A stretch of 30,429 nucleotides of DNA from an uncultured Alkaliphilus sp. (GTDB taxonomy: Bacteria; Bacillota; Clostridia; Peptostreptococcales; Natronincolaceae), in NCBI GenBank assembly GCA_964406195.1, contig CAYOQX010000004.1, forward strand, positions 1 to 30,429, written 5' to 3'. The position numbers were made by a program, and so were the translations under genes. Every line of letters starts with the position of its first letter. Position 1 is the first letter of the stretch. Below are positions 1 through 8,976 of this stretch, in pieces. The notes beneath the pieces were generated by a model, which worked only from the letters and a program-made list of their open reading frames with translations, was not told where the DNA came from and did no database searches.

Positions 1-325
1 TAGAGGCGTTATGATGAGGTGATCTGAACGGCCTATTCTTAATTAAACCTTCTTTTTTTCTATAGGGACTATTATATCTCTAATATTTGCATCTTTTGCA
101 GCCATTACCATAGGAAGTACACCTGTACATGACCTCAGTTGGCCATTTAAGGACAGTTCACCTATAAATCCATACTTATGAATATCATTCGGTTTTATTT
201 GATTTGATTCTATAAGGAGTCCAACAGCCATAGCCAAATCAAAGTGCGAACCTCTTTTCTTGAGACTGCTGGGAGCCAGGTTAATAACTATTTTTTTCTG
301 TGGAAAGTTGAAATCTTTTTTATAA
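1..325 (-). pseudogene. comM: comM/yifB (Mg-chelatase-like AAA+ ATPase) relic; N-terminus missing, internal deletion, continues past the left edge
   Basis: ORF 43..369 encodes FNFPQKKIVINLAPSSLKKRGSHFDLAMAVGLL...FIGELSLNGQLRSCTGVLPM, the ChlI-like N-terminal region of YifB/ComM. A different minus-strand frame over 1..55 reads KEGLIKNRPFRSPHHNAS, matching the ComM RPFRSPHH motif that normally lies about 100+ aa further on, after Walker A. Confidence 0.85.
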
Positions 326-389
326 TCAAAAGAAAACAAACTTTTTTCTAACCAACAATTACTTGACACTATCTTTAATGCATTAACTA

Positions 390-418
390 TTTACATATTA
401 ATATTAATGGTGTATAAT
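390..418 (+). promoter_or_regulatory. sigmaA-type promoter for marR-RND1 operon
   Basis: TTTACA (390-395), 17 nt, TATAAT (413-418), about 60 nt upstream of the marR start. Confidence 0.6.
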
Positions 419-477
419 ATTATTTGGCATTAAATATATATATTAGTATAAGTTTCTAAATTAAGAGAGGTGAAATT

Positions 478-963
478 GTGGATTATTTAAAAAGTTTATC
501 AGAAAGTTATCAATGGGCAGATAAAATTTCAAATAAGGTTATAATAGAAATGATAAGAATAAATGATATGTTGACAGAAGTTCATGATAGGTTTTTTAGT
601 AAATATGACATTTCTAATGCCAGATTTAATGTTTTAGTAATACTATATAAGGGATCAGAACAGGAAAGGCATTTATCTAAAATTGGAGAACAAATGCTAG
701 TTTCTAGCGCTAATATTACTGGGTTAATAGACAGATTAGAAAAACAAAAACTTGTAAAGAGGGTAAGAAATGAAAAGGATAGAAGAAAAATAATTGCTAA
801 GATAACCGACCTAGGTAAGGAGATCATAGAAGAAATTATTGAAAACTATATTATATGGTCTAACAATTTAATGGGAATATTGGAAAGCGAGGAAAGAAAA
901 CAGCTTCTCGAACTATTAAAAAAATTAGAACAGGGTATTATTCGAACGGAATCAGAAGTTTAG
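478..963 (+). CDS. MarR-family transcriptional regulator
   Basis: 161 aa; winged HTH LSKIGEQMLVSSANITGLIDRLEKQKLVKR and DRR wing motif; RBS GAGGTG before GTG. Confidence 0.93.
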   Translation: MDYLKSLSESYQWADKISNKVIIEMIRINDMLTEVHDRFFSKYDISNARFNVLVILYKGSEQERHLSKIGEQMLVSSANITGLIDRLEKQKLVKRVRNEKDRRKIIAKITDLGKEIIEEIIENYIIWSNNLMGILESEERKQLLELLKKLEQGIIRTESEV

Positions 964-988
964 AAACTATAATTTAAAAAAGGAGTGC

Positions 989-2353
989 ATGGTAGTGTCA
1001 AAATTTAAAAAGACAGCAACATCAATTTTGCTATCTATTGTTATTTTCGCAGCTTCTATGCTCAATGCCTCAGCAAATAGCAAAGATATTCTTAGGCTAA
1101 ATATAGAGGATGCTGTAATAACAGGTATTGAAAATAGCATTTTACTAGAACAAGTGATAACAGAGATAGATTTAAGCGAGGTTTCGCAAAAAAGAGCAAG
1201 TTTTACAGCGAGAAAACTGGACAGGGGACGCAATAAACTGAGGGATTCTATCAGAGAACTTAATATAAAGGAAGGAGAGTTTGAAAGAATAAAAGACAAT
1301 TTACCGGAAGAGGTAGTGACACAGATGGAAAATCAATTTAAAATTGCAAGACAACAGGTAAATCAAGGTGATTTTAAAATTACAGATGCATTGCAAGAAG
1401 CTGGTGCCACTATATCAGACCAGCTTAACTTTGCTAGTTTAGATTCTCTAACTTTAGAAGGAACTAAAGATCTTTTAACTACTATGGCTGATGTAGCTTT
1501 TGAAGTTACTCAGGCTTCCTATGATATTTACAAAAATAATATTGCTATGCTGATTCAAAAAAGTTATTATGATGTATTGCATGCTGAAAAAATGTTAGAA
1601 GTGAAGAAAAAAGCAATGGAAAGAGGAAAAACCCAATATGAATTTGCAAATGCCAGTTATGAAGAGGGTTTAAAATCAAAAGATGACATGCTTTTAGCTA
1701 AAATATATTATAGGGGAACCCAGATAGAGTATGAAAAAGCTAAGGGCGATTATGAAAACGCATTTTTAGAACTGAAGAAAAATATAAGTGTACCACTTGA
1801 TACAGAGATAGAGCTCACCGGAGTTTTGGCAGAAGATATAGAAACATTAGATTTAGAAGAAGGATTGCTGAGCGGACTTAAAAATCGTTTAGAGATTAAA
1901 CAGTCCCTGGGCGAGGTTATTGTGTACGATTTAAACTTTACTGAAACGCAGCAAAAATATACACCCAATACTTTTCAATATAAAGAAGCAAAGCTATTGA
2001 AAGAAAAATCAAAACTGAATTTTGACCAAGTAAAGCTTGAGGTGGAAAATTCTATTCGCCAATCTTATAATACACTGAACAGTTTAGCTTATATGTTAAC
2101 TTCTACTAAAGAGATGGTAGAAGAAGCTAAAGAAACTCTTGCAATTGCAGAAGTAAAATATAAAGAAGGTTTTGGAATAGAAAATACTCTTCTTAAAAAG
2201 TTGGATCTTGAGTCGTCCTCGGGTACAATTGTGGAAGTGTTGGCAGCGGAAGAAAACTTAGCACAAATAGAAGAAAAAGTAGTTCAAATTACATATGGGT
2301 ATAATTTAGCTCGCATGAAATACTTTAATGATATAGGGCATTTTATATATTAG
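989..2353 (+). CDS. TolC/outer-membrane-efflux (OEP) family protein 1
   Basis: Signal peptide; LNIEDAVITGIENS start helix; YYDVLHAEKMLE, YEEGLKSKDDMLLAK and YKEG...EVLAAEENL repeats typical of the OEP fold; located between marR and the MFP. Confidence 0.85.
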   Translation: MVVSKFKKTATSILLSIVIFAASMLNASANSKDILRLNIEDAVITGIENSILLEQVITEIDLSEVSQKRASFTARKLDRGRNKLRDSIRELNIKEGEFERIKDNLPEEVVTQMENQFKIARQQVNQGDFKITDALQEAGATISDQLNFASLDSLTLEGTKDLLTTMADVAFEVTQASYDIYKNNIAMLIQKSYYDVLHAEKMLEVKKKAMERGKTQYEFANASYEEGLKSKDDMLLAKIYYRGTQIEYEKAKGDYENAFLELKKNISVPLDTEIELTGVLAEDIETLDLEEGLLSGLKNRLEIKQSLGEVIVYDLNFTETQQKYTPNTFQYKEAKLLKEKSKLNFDQVKLEVENSIRQSYNTLNSLAYMLTSTKEMVEEAKETLAIAEVKYKEGFGIENTLLKKLDLESSSGTIVEVLAAEENLAQIEEKVVQITYGYNLARMKYFNDIGHFIY

Positions 2354-2475
2354 TTAAACTGTGTCCTTCGTTAAATATTTAGCTATTTATTAGCGCAACG
2401 AGTTAAATTCGGGTTAAATTAATAAATAAAAACTGTTTTTGATTTTTAAAATTTAATATTGGGGAGGGAAAGATT

Positions 2476-3645
2476 TTGAAACGACAAAAAAAATTATTCG
2501 CTATAGTATTAACCCTTATGCTTATTGCAACATTGTTACCCGGCTGTACTAAAAAGACTTCAGCAGAACAAGAGGAAATATTGAAACCCGTAAACATACA
2601 GGAAGTACATATAGAGAAATATACGGATGACATTTCTATAAGCGGAAACATAAAACCCGCAAAAACGGTAAAAGTAGGTTTTAAGGTGCCGGGGGTTATA
2701 AGTTCCGTATATGTAGAAGAAGGAGATGCTGTGAGTGAAGGCCAAAGCCTTATGATGCTTGATCAGTATGACTATGAGTTAGGTGTTATAGCTGCAAAGT
2801 CCCAATACGATGCTTTAAATAAACAATTTGTCAGTTCTATTGCATCTGCTTTAAATCAGGCAGAGGCTAATCTAAATTTTGTTAAAACACAGTATGAGAG
2901 GGTAAAACGTCTCTATGAGAAAGGGGCAGTAGCTAAAAAAACAGTCGAAGAATTGGAAACAACGCTTGTAGTGGCTGAAAATAAGTATCAAGAAGCACAG
3001 GATGCCTACTCTATATCAGAATCACAGCTTAGGCAAGCGCAAGCCGGAATAGAATTGGCACAATCAAAGTTGAGTGACACTGTATTAAAGAGTCCTATCA
3101 ATGGGACAGTTGTAAAGAAGGTGTTTGAATCAGGGGAAACTGTTTCGCCTGGATATCCAGCTGTTGTTTTAGGCAGGTTAGATGAACTGGAAGTAGAAAT
3201 AGGTGTTTCTGATAATTTAGTAGGAAGTTTGTCTATTGGCCAAAAAGTAAAGGTTTTTGTTTATGGATTAGATAAAGAGGTAGAAGGAACAATTAAAAAT
3301 ATAGACACAGCTGCAGATACATCTACTAGAACATTTGGGGTAAATATATTAATAGATAATTCAGATATGACCATCAAGCCCGGCATGATTGCAAAAGTAA
3401 CTATTGAAGGTGGATCTTTAGAAACCATTTTGGTTCCTGTAAATAGTGTAATCAATAATCCGGATGGCTCTACAGTTTTTATCTGTGAAGAAGGTCATGT
3501 AAAAGAAAAAGCAGTAGAATTAGGAGAAGTGCTCGGGAATAGAATACAAATTTTAAAAGGCATAGAAGAAGGGGAAAAAATTGTAGTAGATGGTCAATAT
3601 AGACTCAAAGACGGAGATAAAGTAAAAGTGGGGGTTGAAGAATAA
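2476..3645 (+). CDS. RND efflux periplasmic adaptor (MFP), lipoprotein
   Basis: Lipobox LPGC; lipoyl halves (KVPGVISSVYVEEGDAV, LKSPINGTV), alpha-hairpin, beta-barrel (TRTFGV...IKPGMIAKV); stop overlaps the permease start. Confidence 0.93.
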   Translation: MKRQKKLFAIVLTLMLIATLLPGCTKKTSAEQEEILKPVNIQEVHIEKYTDDISISGNIKPAKTVKVGFKVPGVISSVYVEEGDAVSEGQSLMMLDQYDYELGVIAAKSQYDALNKQFVSSIASALNQAEANLNFVKTQYERVKRLYEKGAVAKKTVEELETTLVVAENKYQEAQDAYSISESQLRQAQAGIELAQSKLSDTVLKSPINGTVVKKVFESGETVSPGYPAVVLGRLDELEVEIGVSDNLVGSLSIGQKVKVFVYGLDKEVEGTIKNIDTAADTSTRTFGVNILIDNSDMTIKPGMIAKVTIEGGSLETILVPVNSVINNPDGSTVFICEEGHVKEKAVELGEVLGNRIQILKGIEEGEKIVVDGQYRLKDGDKVKVGVEE

Positions 3646-6600
3646 TGATAGCATGGTGCCTAGAACATCGAAATATAGTAGCAGTGCTTTCTATATTTAT
3701 ATTTATTGGCGGATTATTTATATATTCAGGCATGGAACGTCAAGAAAATCCGGATGTTGTGGCACCTGGGGCAACAGTCCAAGTAATATATCCAGGTGCC
3801 ACATCAGAGGAGGTAGAAAAGTTTGTAATCAAGCCGTTAGAGACTAAAATTAGTGAAATATCAGATATAAAATTAATGACAACTTATTCTTTAGATAATG
3901 TTGGTGTGATAGTTATTAGGTTAAAAGATATAAGTGATGCCAAGATTACGGAAACATGGAATTTGTTAAAGGACAAAGTGGATCAAACAGAGCTTCCGGA
4001 GCAAGCTCACGAACCCGAAATAGACACCGACTTAGTCGAAACTTATGGTATGCTCTTTACTGTTAGCAGCAACCGTTTAAGTTATAAAGAATTAAAAGAA
4101 ATAGCAGATGAAATGAAAGATAACATCGAGAAGCGACCAGGCATTGCAGAAGTTATTATAGATGGCTACGAAGAAGATGAAATACATATAGATTTAGATA
4201 TTTTAAAGATGAAACATTTTGACCTTTCTATAGATCAAATAATGACCGTATTAGCGGCGAGAAATGTAAATATACCCGGAGGGGCTTTAGAGTTTCATGG
4301 TACAAAAATTCCAGTCAGTACTACCGGGGAATATAAGACTATTGAAGATATAGCAAACACTGTTGTAGGTATGTCCTCAGAGGGGAATGTGATATATGTA
4401 AAAGATATTGCAAATATATATTCAACAGAGGCAAAGCGGGAGATTTTTGTAAACAGCAATGCGGAAAAAGCACTGCTGTTAAGTATCAAATATTCTGAAG
4501 GCCAAAATGTTGTAAAAACAGGCAACGAAATAGCTGCATATATCAAGGATTATCAAAACACTTTACCGGAAGATATTGTTCTCAGAATTATCACAGACCA
4601 AGCGTCTTATGTAAACGATGCGATTAAGACCTTTGAATCTAATTTGATATCGGCTATCGTACTCGTTGTGGTAGTTGTACTAATTAGTATGGGTCTTAGA
4701 AGTGCTGTTGTTGTATCTTCAGCTATTCCAATTACAGTTATGGCAACTTTCCTGTTTATGAGGATGTCAGGAATTATACTGCATCAGGTGTCTATTTCAT
4801 CGTTAATAGTATGTCTTGGACTTTTAGTTGCTAACGCTATAGTTGCCAACGATAGTATGTATTTGTATTTATCGAGAAAACCAAAAAACAAAAAGGATGC
4901 AATAGTACAGAGTATCAAAGAAATAAATATTCCCATACTTACATCAACATTAACTACTATAGCTTCTTTTCTTCCATTATTAATGATGCAGGGAATAGCA
5001 GGGAAATTTGTCAAAACATTGCCTATAATGGTAACTGTGGCATTGCTCAGTTCTTATTTCCTGTCCTTAACGGCTGTACCTGCTGTAGGCTACACATTAT
5101 TAAAAGTCGAAGAAGAAAAAGAGAAAAAAAGAAAAACAGGTCTTTTAAAAAACTTCTTTATAAAAACGTATGAAAAGATATTAAATGCAGTTTTAAAAGT
5201 TCCTAAAACCACAATCGTTACTGCTGTAGCGGTATTATTGCTGAGTGGGCTTTTAATTCCTACACTGGGGTTACAGCTCTTCCCATTTGTAGATAGGGAC
5301 CAATATGTGATAGATATTACATTGATGGAAGGAACAACAGCAGATAAAACTAAAGCTGTTGTAGAGCAAGTTGAAGGCATACTTTTAGAAGATTCGTCAG
5401 TTGACTCCTTTCTTTCTAAAGTGGGCGATGGGATACCTAAATTTTATACATCTTTTTTCCCAAATCAATTGGGAGCCAACAAAGCACAGTTGATTGTTAA
5501 CGGAGAGGCTGACGAAATCCCGAATATACAAAAAAAGCTGGAATCTACTATTGTAGGTGCACGTATAGAAGCAAAACAATTAGAAAATGCTGTTCCGGTA
5601 GGGCTTCCTGTACAAGTGAGAGTTAGTGGTGAAGATATAAATGTTTTAAGGTCTATATCAGAGGACATTAAGGAAATATTATATACAATAGATGAAGGGC
5701 AACATGTCCAAGACGATTTTGGGCTTGAAACATTAAAAATGATAGTAGATGTTAACCAAGATAAAGCTAGCATGGTAGGGTTAACTAATTATGATATTTC
5801 TAAAACTGTCCGTATGGTAGTAGATGGGTTAGAAATTACTAAGTTAAAACCAGATGATATTGATGAGGATATACCGGTTATGCTCCGTATTCCAACAGAA
5901 GACAAAGATACAGCTTCTATTTTAGAAAATGTTTATATAACTTCGCGAATTACAGGTAAAAATATACCTATTACCCAAGTAGCGCAAATACGGAATGAAT
6001 TTGTTATAGGTAGAATATTAAGAAGGGACCGTGAACGTACAATAACCACTGGTTTATATCCGAAACCAGGCTATTCTGCCGCGGAGGTTTTAGATATTGT
6101 GGAAGAAAAAATGGAAGGTTTTGAACTTCCCCCTGATTATAGATTAGAGTTTGGTGGAGAAAATGAGGACAGAACAGAAGCTTTTGAATCTCTAATAGGT
6201 CCTTTCTTTTTAGCAGGGGCTTTGATATATTTAATATTGATGTTTCAATTCAATGATTTAATAAAACCATTAATTATTATGGGTACTATACCATTATCCT
6301 TTATAGGTGTTATCTGGGGACTCAAAATTACCGGCTATCCTATAGGTTTTATGGCTTTGATGGGGGCTGTCAGTTTGATGGGTATAGTTGTTAATAATGG
6401 TATTGTTCTTTTGGACTACATCAGCATACTTGCAAGGGAAGGGCACACTGTTTTGGAAGCTATTAAAGAAGCGAGTGTCACTAGATTAAGACCTATTATG
6501 ATTGGGATGGTCACTACAGTGATAGGTTTAGTACCCATGGGGCTTGCAGGTGGAACTTTATGGGCTCCATTAGCTTATTCAATAATATTTGGATTGTTAG

Positions 6601-6719
6601 TATCCTCTATATTAACTATGTTGGTGATACCCGCCTCATTTATGGCTATTTATGGTAAAAAGGATAAAAAAGAGGGACAAAGGGATAAAAAGACTGTTGA
6701 AAAAGTTCCAACTTCATAG
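3645..6719 (+). CDS. RND (AcrB/AcrD/AcrF family) permease 1
   Basis: 1024 aa; two large extracytoplasmic loops and 12-TM pattern; YPGATSEEVE, RNVNIPGG, GIVVNNGIVLLD, TRLRPIMI motifs. Confidence 0.95.
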   Translation: MIAWCLEHRNIVAVLSIFIFIGGLFIYSGMERQENPDVVAPGATVQVIYPGATSEEVEKFVIKPLETKISEISDIKLMTTYSLDNVGVIVIRLKDISDAKITETWNLLKDKVDQTELPEQAHEPEIDTDLVETYGMLFTVSSNRLSYKELKEIADEMKDNIEKRPGIAEVIIDGYEEDEIHIDLDILKMKHFDLSIDQIMTVLAARNVNIPGGALEFHGTKIPVSTTGEYKTIEDIANTVVGMSSEGNVIYVKDIANIYSTEAKREIFVNSNAEKALLLSIKYSEGQNVVKTGNEIAAYIKDYQNTLPEDIVLRIITDQASYVNDAIKTFESNLISAIVLVVVVVLISMGLRSAVVVSSAIPITVMATFLFMRMSGIILHQVSISSLIVCLGLLVANAIVANDSMYLYLSRKPKNKKDAIVQSIKEINIPILTSTLTTIASFLPLLMMQGIAGKFVKTLPIMVTVALLSSYFLSLTAVPAVGYTLLKVEEEKEKKRKTGLLKNFFIKTYEKILNAVLKVPKTTIVTAVAVLLLSGLLIPTLGLQLFPFVDRDQYVIDITLMEGTTADKTKAVVEQVEGILLEDSSVDSFLSKVGDGIPKFYTSFFPNQLGANKAQLIVNGEADEIPNIQKKLESTIVGARIEAKQLENAVPVGLPVQVRVSGEDINVLRSISEDIKEILYTIDEGQHVQDDFGLETLKMIVDVNQDKASMVGLTNYDISKTVRMVVDGLEITKLKPDDIDEDIPVMLRIPTEDKDTASILENVYITSRITGKNIPITQVAQIRNEFVIGRILRRDRERTITTGLYPKPGYSAAEVLDIVEEKMEGFELPPDYRLEFGGENEDRTEAFESLIGPFFLAGALIYLILMFQFNDLIKPLIIMGTIPLSFIGVIWGLKITGYPIGFMALMGAVSLMGIVVNNGIVLLDYISILAREGHTVLEAIKEASVTRLRPIMIGMVTTVIGLVPMGLAGGTLWAPLAYSIIFGLLVSSILTMLVIPASFMAIYGKKDKKEGQRDKKTVEKVPTS

Positions 6720-6733
6720 AAAATGTTGAAAAT

Positions 6734-6756
6734 TTCATTCCGGGACGGACAGTATA
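6734..6756 (+). repeat. Partial copy of the REP-like long unit
   Basis: TTCATTCCGGGACGGACAGTATA matches the reverse complement of 24574-24596 at 20/23. Confidence 0.7.
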
Positions 6757-6787
6757 ATGTGTTTCTTGTGTTTAAGGAGAGGATATT

Positions 6788-7642
6788 TTGAAAAAATCAT
6801 TTAGTATTACCTATAATAAAGTACTGAATATATTTTTAGTTTTGTTGATATTGTTTATTAGCTTTTTTACCTTCAATCAACAAGCAGCAGCTCTGGAACA
6901 ACAGGCAGCAGCCCCGGAAAATCATAATGAAACTATTTCACCACAGCCGCATCCTCTAGTGGCTCATGCAGGTGGGGCTATATATGGATATAAGTACACT
7001 AATTCTTTAGAGGCAATGGAAGAGGCCTATAAAAATGGTTTTAGGTTGTTGGAGATTGATTTTGATTGGACCAGTGATAACGAGGTTGTTGCAATTCACG
7101 ATTGGACAGCTATGCCAAGAAGGCTGTTTATGATTGAACCAAGGGTTTTAACCCTGAAAGAGTTTAAAAACCCGGATACCTTTCAGGGTCTTACTCTGAT
7201 GGATATAAGGGGCATAGTTTCATGGCTAAGAATTAGGGAGGATGCTTACATTATTACGGATGTAAAAAACAGAAATATAGAATTTTTGGAATTATTGGCT
7301 AGGAACTATGCGGATATTAAGGGTCAAATAATTCCTCAAATATATTCGTTTGAAGAGTATACTGAGGTAAAAGCCATGGGTTACAACAACATAATTTTAA
7401 CATTATATCAAAACTACTATACGGATGATGAACTAGTTAAATTTGTTGGAAAAAACAAGGTATTTGCTGTCACTATGCCCTTGGAAAGGGGATATACCGA
7501 TTTGCCCATGAAACTAAAGGAAAGAAATATTCCCACATATGTGCATACGGTCAATGATTTACATATATTTGAGGCACTGCATAAAAATGGTGTCACGGGA
7601 ATATATACGGATTATTTCCATGCCAACAGATTGTCGTTATAG
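6788..7642 (+). CDS. Glycerophosphodiester phosphodiesterase (GDPD/PI-PLC superfamily) protein, N-terminally anchored or secreted
   Basis: VAHAGG...TNSLEAMEEAYKNGFRLLEIDF..TSD..VVAIHDW, IITDVK, and C-terminal VHTVND...GVTGIYTD TIM-barrel motifs; hydrophobic N-terminus. Confidence 0.85.
   Translation: MKKSFSITYNKVLNIFLVLLILFISFFTFNQQAAALEQQAAAPENHNETISPQPHPLVAHAGGAIYGYKYTNSLEAMEEAYKNGFRLLEIDFDWTSDNEVVAIHDWTAMPRRLFMIEPRVLTLKEFKNPDTFQGLTLMDIRGIVSWLRIREDAYIITDVKNRNIEFLELLARNYADIKGQIIPQIYSFEEYTEVKAMGYNNIILTLYQNYYTDDELVKFVGKNKVFAVTMPLERGYTDLPMKLKERNIPTYVHTVNDLHIFEALHKNGVTGIYTDYFHANRLSL
6878..6919 (+). repeat. 21-bp in-frame tandem duplication (QQAAALE/QQAAAPE)
   Basis: CAACAAGCAGCAGCTCTGGAA followed by CAACAGGCAGCAGCCCCGGAA. 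Confidence 0.85.
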
Positions 7643-7653
7643 GGGGTTGATGG

Positions 7654-8796
7654 CTAACTCACTACCCCCAATTGCACCGCCTTATTATATTCCAATATCG
7701 CCAAATTATAATTTGATACAGCACCGGAAAGAGCTAACTCTGCACCATATAGCTTTACAACAGATTCTTTTACATCCTGTATAGTCGCCATGCCCACATC
7801 ATATAATTGTTCTGTTATTCTGAGTCCTTCTTTTGCTCTTTCTACATTTGCTTCAGCCAGTTTTATCTGCCTATATGCGCTGTTTATAGAATCATATTTA
7901 TTTCTGATATCAAATTCTACATTCTGTTTGGAGGTTTCTAGCAGATTCTCTACTCTTAAAAGGTTGCATTCCTTGTATCTGTATTGATATGTATTAGGAG
8001 TATATTTATATGCATTGGTTTCAAAATCAAGTTTTACAAGCTCATAACCGTGCTGAATTTGAATCATATCAAACCTGGTTTCATATGCGTTTTTGATATC
8101 CTCATCCAGGTCAGTGGCAAAGGTTTTTTGTTTAAAATCAGAGGTCAATTCTAATTTTGTGTCTAAAGGATAATTTAAAATCATGTTTAGCGCCCTCAAG
8201 GCTCTTTGCATATCTTCCTTTGCTTTTTCCATATTTATATTGGTTTCGTTCAAAGCAATTTCCGCCATTAAAACGTCTGACTTGGAGACAAGCCCCAGTT
8301 CAAATTTTTTATCTATAATGTCCTTATTTCTTTGCATATTTTTTAAACTGTTTTTTGTTATATCTACATAGTCTATGGCTTGAAGTGCTCCGTAATAAGC
8401 AGATGTTACATTATGTTCTATATCCTTTTTCAGGTATTCTTTTTTAAGTTCTTCCTCTTCCAGGGCAAATTTTGCTTTTTTAGACATCATATTAGCCTCT
8501 AATTGAAAGCCTTCCACTGTACCTAAAGAAATACCAACCTTTTCATATTTCCTCTCTGTCCGGTGTGCTTCGCTCAATTCTGTTTTCTTTACTTTAATGT
8601 CCAGGTCGTTGATTTTAAGTTTAACAGAATTTTTTATACCTTCTTCTATGGCTTCTTCTAGGGAAAGAGATTTAGAGGTTTCTGTTATCCCACTGTTATT
8701 CAATTCGCTGTTATTTAATTCATCTGTACCATAGGAAAACGAAGAAGATGTCAACAGTATTGACACTAACAACATAGCTATAAGCATTTTTTTCAT
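7654..8796 (-). CDS. TolC/OEP family protein 2, divergent from the RND2 operon
   Basis: Signal peptide; LSLEEAIEEGIKNS; FELGLVSKSDVLMAE and YDVGMATIQDV repeats; shares KYTPNT(F/Y)QY with OMF1. Confidence 0.87.
   Translation of the reverse strand: MKKMLIAMLLVSILLTSSSFSYGTDELNNSELNNSGITETSKSLSLEEAIEEGIKNSVKLKINDLDIKVKKTELSEAHRTERKYEKVGISLGTVEGFQLEANMMSKKAKFALEEEELKKEYLKKDIEHNVTSAYYGALQAIDYVDITKNSLKNMQRNKDIIDKKFELGLVSKSDVLMAEIALNETNINMEKAKEDMQRALRALNMILNYPLDTKLELTSDFKQKTFATDLDEDIKNAYETRFDMIQIQHGYELVKLDFETNAYKYTPNTYQYRYKECNLLRVENLLETSKQNVEFDIRNKYDSINSAYRQIKLAEANVERAKEGLRITEQLYDVGMATIQDVKESVVKLYGAELALSGAVSNYNLAILEYNKAVQLGVVS
8692..8721 (-). repeat. 15-bp in-frame tandem duplication (ELNNS x2)
   Basis: Plus strand ACTGTTATTCAATTC then GCTGTTATTTAATTC, just after the OMF2 signal peptide. 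Confidence 0.8.
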
Positions 8797-8887
8797 GTTA
8801 CACAGCCCTTTCTATTTTTATATTTTAAAGTTTTTTACCTTTTGACGCCTAAATCATATTTCAAATATATAATCTTCAATATAAATT

Positions 8888-8915
8888 ATTATATCATTCT
8901 ATCGATTTTGTTCAA
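8888..8915 (-). promoter_or_regulatory. sigmaA-type promoter for OMF2
   Basis: Minus strand TTGAAC, 16 nt, TATAAT with extended TG (TGATATAAT). Confidence 0.55.
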
Positions 8916-8976
8916 TTACTATTTATTTTCATTATTGTTATCTTTTGATAATGTCATCTAAATGATAGGTTCATTG

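Noticed and set aside
363-368. Perfect TTGACA -35
   Set aside because: No -10 at 16-18 nt; TTTACA/TATAAT at 390-418 fits better.
451-968. Invertible marR segment bounded by 10-bp inverted repeats
   Set aside because: The repeats are short and AT-rich, one overlaps the stop codon, and there is no recombinase; an operator or chance is more likely.
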